Notes under the pieces: generated by a model | Told to the model about the DNA's origin: nothing | Database searches by the model: none | The model's input: only the letters and a program-made list of their open reading frames with translations | Assembly (NCBI GenBank): GCA_964035575.1 | Contig: OZ037846.1 | Location: 868,001 to 932,000 of the forward strand | Direction of reading: 5' to 3' | Length of the DNA stretch: 64,000 nucleotides | Origin: Rhynchopus sp. YZ270_cl-10 | Lineage: Eukaryota | Part shown: piece after piece, positions 58,895 to 64,000 of the stretch | Numbering within the stretch: position 1 is the stretch's first letter | How the letters are laid out: every line of letters begins with the position of its first letter | Made by a program: the position numbers and the translations under genes

Positions 58895-60991
58895 ATGTGG
58901 CGGTGTTGTTGCGCATGGCTGGAGGCAGCGTTAACCTTGGACGGGACGGCAGGCCCGAAGGAAGTGAAAAACCGACGGCTGTTCTTCTGGGTGACAGTCA
59001 TAGCTGTCATTACGTCTGTTCCAGACTATATTCTTAATGTCGAAGTGGTGGAAGACCGGTACGTAACCATTGCGGCGTCCGCGATGTACGTCTCTGTTGC
59101 TTTGTATTCCGGCTCGACGATCCTTCGTAAACACAAGCTAACGACACACGTTGTGGTCGTCACATCATATACTGTAGCTTCCAGCATCTTGCTCTCAGAC
59201 ATCGCCGTACGTACCATCAACTACTCTCTCTGGCCCGCCATAGTGATGGTTCTCGACTTCCTCATCGTGCTGGAAGTAGACGAACGTTACAGTCTAGCGC
59301 TTGTCTGCTTCGTAGTCTTGTGGTTGATTGTCATGGGCCTTGAGGAGACGTATCGATTTGGCCTGTTCGACCTACCCGGCCTCCCCTCGCAGGAAGGTGA
59401 GCACGGCAGGAGGGCGTACTACAGAGAGCTGACGGAGTGTGAGAAGCTGCCCTGTGCCACGGATCGCTTCATGAACATAGTCACACCCATCTGCGTGCTT
59501 GTCGTGGACTTCGTCGCAACGCGAGGCTTTGCTCGTGGTCTCCTGAAGGAGCAGGCATCAATGGAGCGGACCATCAACACCGTGCAGGAGATTGCGTCGT
59601 TGCTGGCTGGCTACGACGTGGAGCAGGTGGCGGAGCTGTTGAAGGTGCATGAGGGAGACCTGCCTGAGGGGATGACAGAGGCACTGCGGAACTTGGAGGA
59701 GAACCTGCGGAAGTACCGTCCCTACCTCCCTGCTGCGCTGTTTGAGTCTGATGAGGGCGGTGTGCAGCAGTCGACTGTGGCACCGCCTGGGCTTGTCAGC
59801 GAGACAGCAACAATTGTGTTCACAGACATCCGTGCGTCGACGTCGATCTGGGAGAACGCACCTGAGGGGATGCGTGCTGGACTGCAGATCCACAACGCTG
59901 TGATGCGTGATGTGATGCGGATGTGTGGTGGGTACGAGGTGAAGACCATTGGCGACGCATTCATGATTGCCTTTGCATCCACTTGCGACGGTGTGGCGTT
60001 TGGGTTGCGTGTGCAGGAACGTCTGTTTGAAGCAGACTGGCCTGCGTCTCTGCTTGAGGATGCACCAATCTGCTCTCGGCAGGGGTTGCTGTGGGGTGGT
60101 CTGACTGTGCGCATTGGTGTGAACACTGGCCCTGTGACTGTGGAGCAGAACACATTGACGGGACGGACAGACTACTTCGGACACACAGTGAACGTTGCAT
60201 CACGACTTGAGAGCACATGCACACCTGGTGCTGTGGCTTTGCCCTCTGACCTGTGGACGTCTGTCTCTGAGTCGTGCAGTGCTGTTGCTGGTGTGCCAGA
60301 GGCAGTTCACTTGAAGGGTGTGGCAGACAGCATGTTGGTGTGCTGTGTGTGGCCTGTCTCACTTGGGGGACGAAAGGGCACACCACTTTGCGAGTCTGGA
60401 TCGGCAGGTATGAAGATGGAGAGCAAAGGCTCGTCGTTAGCATCCAGCACTTCTTCGTTGCTGTTGCTCAACACAGCACCACGACAAGCCTCCGGCACTG
60501 TGGGAGTTGCACAGCTTGCAGTGGGTGACGTGGTGCACAACACAGCTTTTGACCACATGAGCTCAAGACTGACGACACTGACGATCACACTGGAGCAGAG
60601 TGGAGGGAGTCTGGTGACGCTGCTTGGGAACTGTGTGTGTGTTGGGTGGAACGTGTCGCGATCTGCACCTGCACACATGGAGAACGCGATACGGTTTGTG
60701 CAGCGCATGTCTGTGAAGTCTACACTGAACGGGGCTGGTCTTGCAAGCGGCCCTGTGCAGCACGGGGATGTTGGTGCACGGAGCCAGCGCTTTGTGACTG
60801 TGATGGGGGATGTTGTGCGTCGGAGTTGGGCGTTGTGCGAGGAGGCTGTGCGTGACGGGGTTGTGTGTCTGTACGAGCCTCCTGAAGGGACAACACTGCC
60901 TTCTGCACTTGAAGACGTTCTTGTCCGGCACAAGGGTTGTTACCGTGTCCTTGAGGTACAGGACAACGGAGGAAGGGAACGTGTGTTTTAA
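58895..60991 (+). CDS. 6TM membrane adenylate cyclase, array copy 4
   Basis: Same architecture and catalytic motifs; start at MWRCCC. Confidence 0.93.
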   Translation: MWRCCCAWLEAALTLDGTAGPKEVKNRRLFFWVTVIAVITSVPDYILNVEVVEDRYVTIAASAMYVSVALYSGSTILRKHKLTTHVVVVTSYTVASSILLSDIAVRTINYSLWPAIVMVLDFLIVLEVDERYSLALVCFVVLWLIVMGLEETYRFGLFDLPGLPSQEGEHGRRAYYRELTECEKLPCATDRFMNIVTPICVLVVDFVATRGFARGLLKEQASMERTINTVQEIASLLAGYDVEQVAELLKVHEGDLPEGMTEALRNLEENLRKYRPYLPAALFESDEGGVQQSTVAPPGLVSETATIVFTDIRASTSIWENAPEGMRAGLQIHNAVMRDVMRMCGGYEVKTIGDAFMIAFASTCDGVAFGLRVQERLFEADWPASLLEDAPICSRQGLLWGGLTVRIGVNTGPVTVEQNTLTGRTDYFGHTVNVASRLESTCTPGAVALPSDLWTSVSESCSAVAGVPEAVHLKGVADSMLVCCVWPVSLGGRKGTPLCESGSAGMKMESKGSSLASSTSSLLLLNTAPRQASGTVGVAQLAVGDVVHNTAFDHMSSRLTTLTITLEQSGGSLVTLLGNCVCVGWNVSRSAPAHMENAIRFVQRMSVKSTLNGAGLASGPVQHGDVGARSQRFVTVMGDVVRRSWALCEEAVRDGVVCLYEPPEGTTLPSALEDVLVRHKGCYRVLEVQDNGGRERVF

Positions 60992-61360
60992 CGTTTTGTT
61001 GGTTTTGTAAGAGAAAACCGAATGGAGAAGAAACGTAGTGAGAGCGCAGCGGAAACGAGAGTGCGAATGCAACGAGCTTTTTTCATAATGTTTTATTCTC
61101 CCCACAAAATATCACGCGTCCGTTGTTTGTCTTTCTCAACGGAACCCTTTTTCAACTTCCTCCCCGGTATCACATAGGATACTGTCTTTCCATGGATACA
61201 CATGAAAATGAGTTCCATGCTATTCACAGAACTCTATAGGCGATTGAGCGTATCAACAATAACCAGAACAAATGAAAGAACAAAGAAGAGAATAAGAGAT
61301 GCAGGAAAATAGACAAAAAGAATAACGAAGAGATTTTGACAAAGGGACAATCAACTATAT

Positions 61361-62407
61361 GGGAGCGTCCGCGAATGACCCCCCCCTAAAGCTAACATCC
61401 ATGCTTATTGGTATTTCACTAATTAAAATTTTGGTATTTTATAAGATTTTTTTTTAAAATGAACTCAGAGTTAAGTTTCTGAGTTCATTTAAAAAAAAAT
61501 CGGTGAAAAATTCCGAGTAGGTATTAATTTAGATAGGAAAAGCTATGTCAACAGCTATGTGTCCCCTTATTTTACCTGTAAATACTAAGGATAGAGGAAG
61601 GAATTCAGTAATATCTGTCTCTAAACCCATTATCAAAAAGGGGGTAGGAAAGGGGGGTGGAGGCTTGTCGCCCCCTCCGAACACTCTAAATAGAGCGCGA
61701 AAGAGCTTCACGCTCCGGGTCGTCTGCGGCGACGTCGACTTTCTCGCAGAAAACCCCCTTTTTTGAGTGACCCTATTGACCTCCGTGATGAGTCTCTCCA
61801 AGAGTTGCAGACAATTGTCCGCCTGTTCCTCCTCTTCCTCCTCCGTCTCGCTGTCACTGTCCTCCTGAGGGTGTCGCTGATGCAACTACAGGAGTAGTAA
61901 ACGGCGGACACCCCTTTTCTCCTGGTGGTGTCTTCTGCATATGGAGGGACATATGCTTCGAGCTACACACCTCGCGCATCCAGCTCCTCGCGCCCCACCC
62001 TTTGCCCCCCTGCCAGTGGACCCCTGCATACACCTGCAGCTCGGCGAAGTTTTTTAGGCCTCGGAAAGGCCGGGTTTTCAGCTCCTGAGCGAATGCTTTG
62101 GCTGCTGATTACATTTCCCCCTGTTGTGTTGTTCTATGGGTGGTTATATGGGTGTTTGTGAGGATTTCCTTGTATATCCTTAGTATTTACAGGTAAAATA
62201 AGGGGACACATAGCTGTTGACATAGCTTTTCCTATCTAAATTAATACCTACTCGGAATTTTTCACCGTTTTTTTTTTTAATGAACTCAGAAACTTAACTC
62301 TGAGTTCATTTTAAAAAAAAATCTTATAAAATACCAAAATTTTAATTAGTGAAATACCAATAAGCATGGATGTTAGCTTTAGGGGGGGGTCTTTCGCGGA
62401 CGCTGCC
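61361..62407. mobile_element. Non-autonomous DNA transposon with about 230-bp TIRs and ATAT TSD (Sola-like)
   Basis: Arms 61361-61593 and 62175-62407 are reverse complements; atat on both sides; empty site caactatattttgtg at about 58298-58312. Confidence 0.88.
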
Positions 62408-63010
62408 ATATTTTGTGATCACAAGGTTGCTCATATTTGATGGGAGTGACACGAACCTGCAACTTCCGTTGTTGGGCATTGGGATTGCTTTTATTTTGCT
62501 AAGCGTACACGTGGGGTGGGCTATGAGGCGTACACAAGGGATGTAGACACGAATCTTCCCGTTCAACTGAAAGACGGTTGCTGCACACTTTTTAAACACT
62601 TTTTTCTCTTCCGAACTTGTCGTAAATGGACTGGTTATTCTTCAGTGACCTCCCAGGTACACAGCACTGGAACGTTCAGTTTGTAACTAGTGTGTCAAAC
62701 ACCCCTGTTTTCAATACTTCGCACACCCCGTTGTCTTGGAGCTGATGTATCATCATTGCGGCCAGGTTCCTGTTCCCCCTCATCACATCACAGCACATCA
62801 CATCACATCACTGCAGGTCTTTTTCTCAGGTCGTGGAACACAAGAAGGTGACTACCACCTTACCTACTCTCAGGCTTCGCATCGTAACAACGTCGGGTTG
62901 GTACGTACCCAAAGCCACCCTTCTGTGCACCGTGCACCTACCTTGCCGCAAGCAACGTTGACAAATTCATTTCTTGTCACATTCTTCTGTTGTGTTGGCC
63001 TCGACAAACA

Positions 63011-64000
63011 ATGTGGCGGTGTTGTTGCGCATGGCTGGAGGCAGCGTTAACCCTGGACGGGACGGCAAGTCCAAAGGAAGTAAAGAAGCGACGGCTGTTC
63101 TTTTGGGTGACAGTCCTAGGTGTTATGACGTCTGTTCCAGACTATATTCTAATAAGCAATGACGTGCAGGACCGGTACATCAACATGGCGGCGGGAGCGA
63201 TGTACGTCCCGTTTGCTTTGTATTCCGGCTCGACGATCCTTCGTAAACACAAGCTAACGACACACGTTGTGGTCTTGGCATCATATGTAGTATCCGCCAG
63301 CATCTTGCTCTCAGACATCACGGCACGTACCATCAACCACTCTCTCTGGCCCGCCATAGTGATGGTTCTCGACTTCCTCATCGTGCTGGAAGTAGACGAA
63401 CGTTACAGTCTAGCGCTTGTGTGCTTCGTAGTCTTGTGGTTGATTGTCATGGGTCTTGAGGAGACGTATCGATTTGGCCTGTTCGACCTACCCGGCCTCC
63501 CCTCGCAGGAAGGTGAGCTCGGCAGGAGGGCGTACTACAGAGAGCTGACGGAGTGTGAGAAGCTGCCCTGTGCCACGGATCGGTTCATGAACACAGTGCT
63601 ACCCATCTGCGTGCTTGTCATCGACTTCATCGCAACGCGAGGCTTTGCTCGTGGTCTCCTGAAGGAGCAGGCATCAATGGAGCGGACAATCAACACCGTG
63701 CAGGAGATTGCGTCGTTGCTGGCTGGCTACGACGTGGAGCAGGTGGCGGAGCTGTTGAAGGTGCATGAGGGAGACCTGCCTGAGGGGATGACAGAGGCAC
63801 TGCGGAACTTGGAGGAGAACCTGCGGAAGTACCGTCCCTACCTCCCTGCTGCGCTGTTTGAGTCTGATGAGGGCGGTGTGCAGCAGCCGACTGTGGCACC
63901 GCCTGGGCTTGTCAGTGAGACAGCAACAATTGTGTTCACAGACATCCGTGCGTCGACGTCGATCTGGGAGAACGCACCTGAGGGGATGCGTGCTGGACTG
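63011..64000 (+). CDS. 6TM membrane adenylate cyclase, array copy 5 (runs off the window end)
   Basis: ATG tgg cgg tgt tgt tgc start; open through IVFTDIRAS; absent from the ORF track because there is no stop in the window. Confidence 0.9.
   Translation, partial: MWRCCCAWLEAALTLDGTASPKEVKKRRLFFWVTVLGVMTSVPDYILISNDVQDRYINMAAGAMYVPFALYSGSTILRKHKLTTHVVVLASYVVSASILLSDITARTINHSLWPAIVMVLDFLIVLEVDERYSLALVCFVVLWLIVMGLEETYRFGLFDLPGLPSQEGELGRRAYYRELTECEKLPCATDRFMNTVLPICVLVIDFIATRGFARGLLKEQASMERTINTVQEIASLLAGYDVEQVAELLKVHEGDLPEGMTEALRNLEENLRKYRPYLPAALFESDEGGVQQPTVAPPGLVSETATIVFTDIRASTSIWENAPEGMRAGL

Noticed and set aside
61529..61885. Acidic 118-aa ORF inside the long-TIR element
   Set aside because: No recognisable transposase motif; it runs into the TIR

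Overview
Eukaryotic, repeat-rich genomic DNA. It is most likely from a euglenozoan protist of the diplonemid type (inference from trypanosome-like receptor adenylate cyclases, UBL-LRR and TPAP-mucin gene families, GT-AG introns and all host genes lying on the + strand). In order, the window holds: the 3' part of an open non-LTR retrotransposon ORF (RT, zf-RVT, tandem Cys/His motifs, terminal PIP-box-like motif) abutting a truncated LRR gene; a vWA protein; a receptor adenylate cyclase with a solute-binding ectodomain; a 3-exon NIF/HAD phosphatase; a 3-exon GPI-anchored folate-receptor-like gene missed by the ORF track; a Pro/Thr mucin-multi-TM protein; a UBL-LRR protein; and a decayed minus-strand RT-RNase H retroelement. 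A tandem array of 6TM adenylate cyclases follows (five catalytic copies, the last cut by the window end, plus one frameshifted pseudo-cyclase-only chimera), with divergent membrane domains and near-identical catalytic domains. Intergenic DNA and introns are packed with nested non-autonomous DNA transposons whose TIRs and TSDs can be read directly (hAT-like 7-8 bp, MULE 9 bp, Tc1/mariner TA, CAC-ended 2 bp, Sola-like ATAT), plus a 1.1-kb 7-bp satellite. All calls come from reading the sequence by eye; no searches were run.
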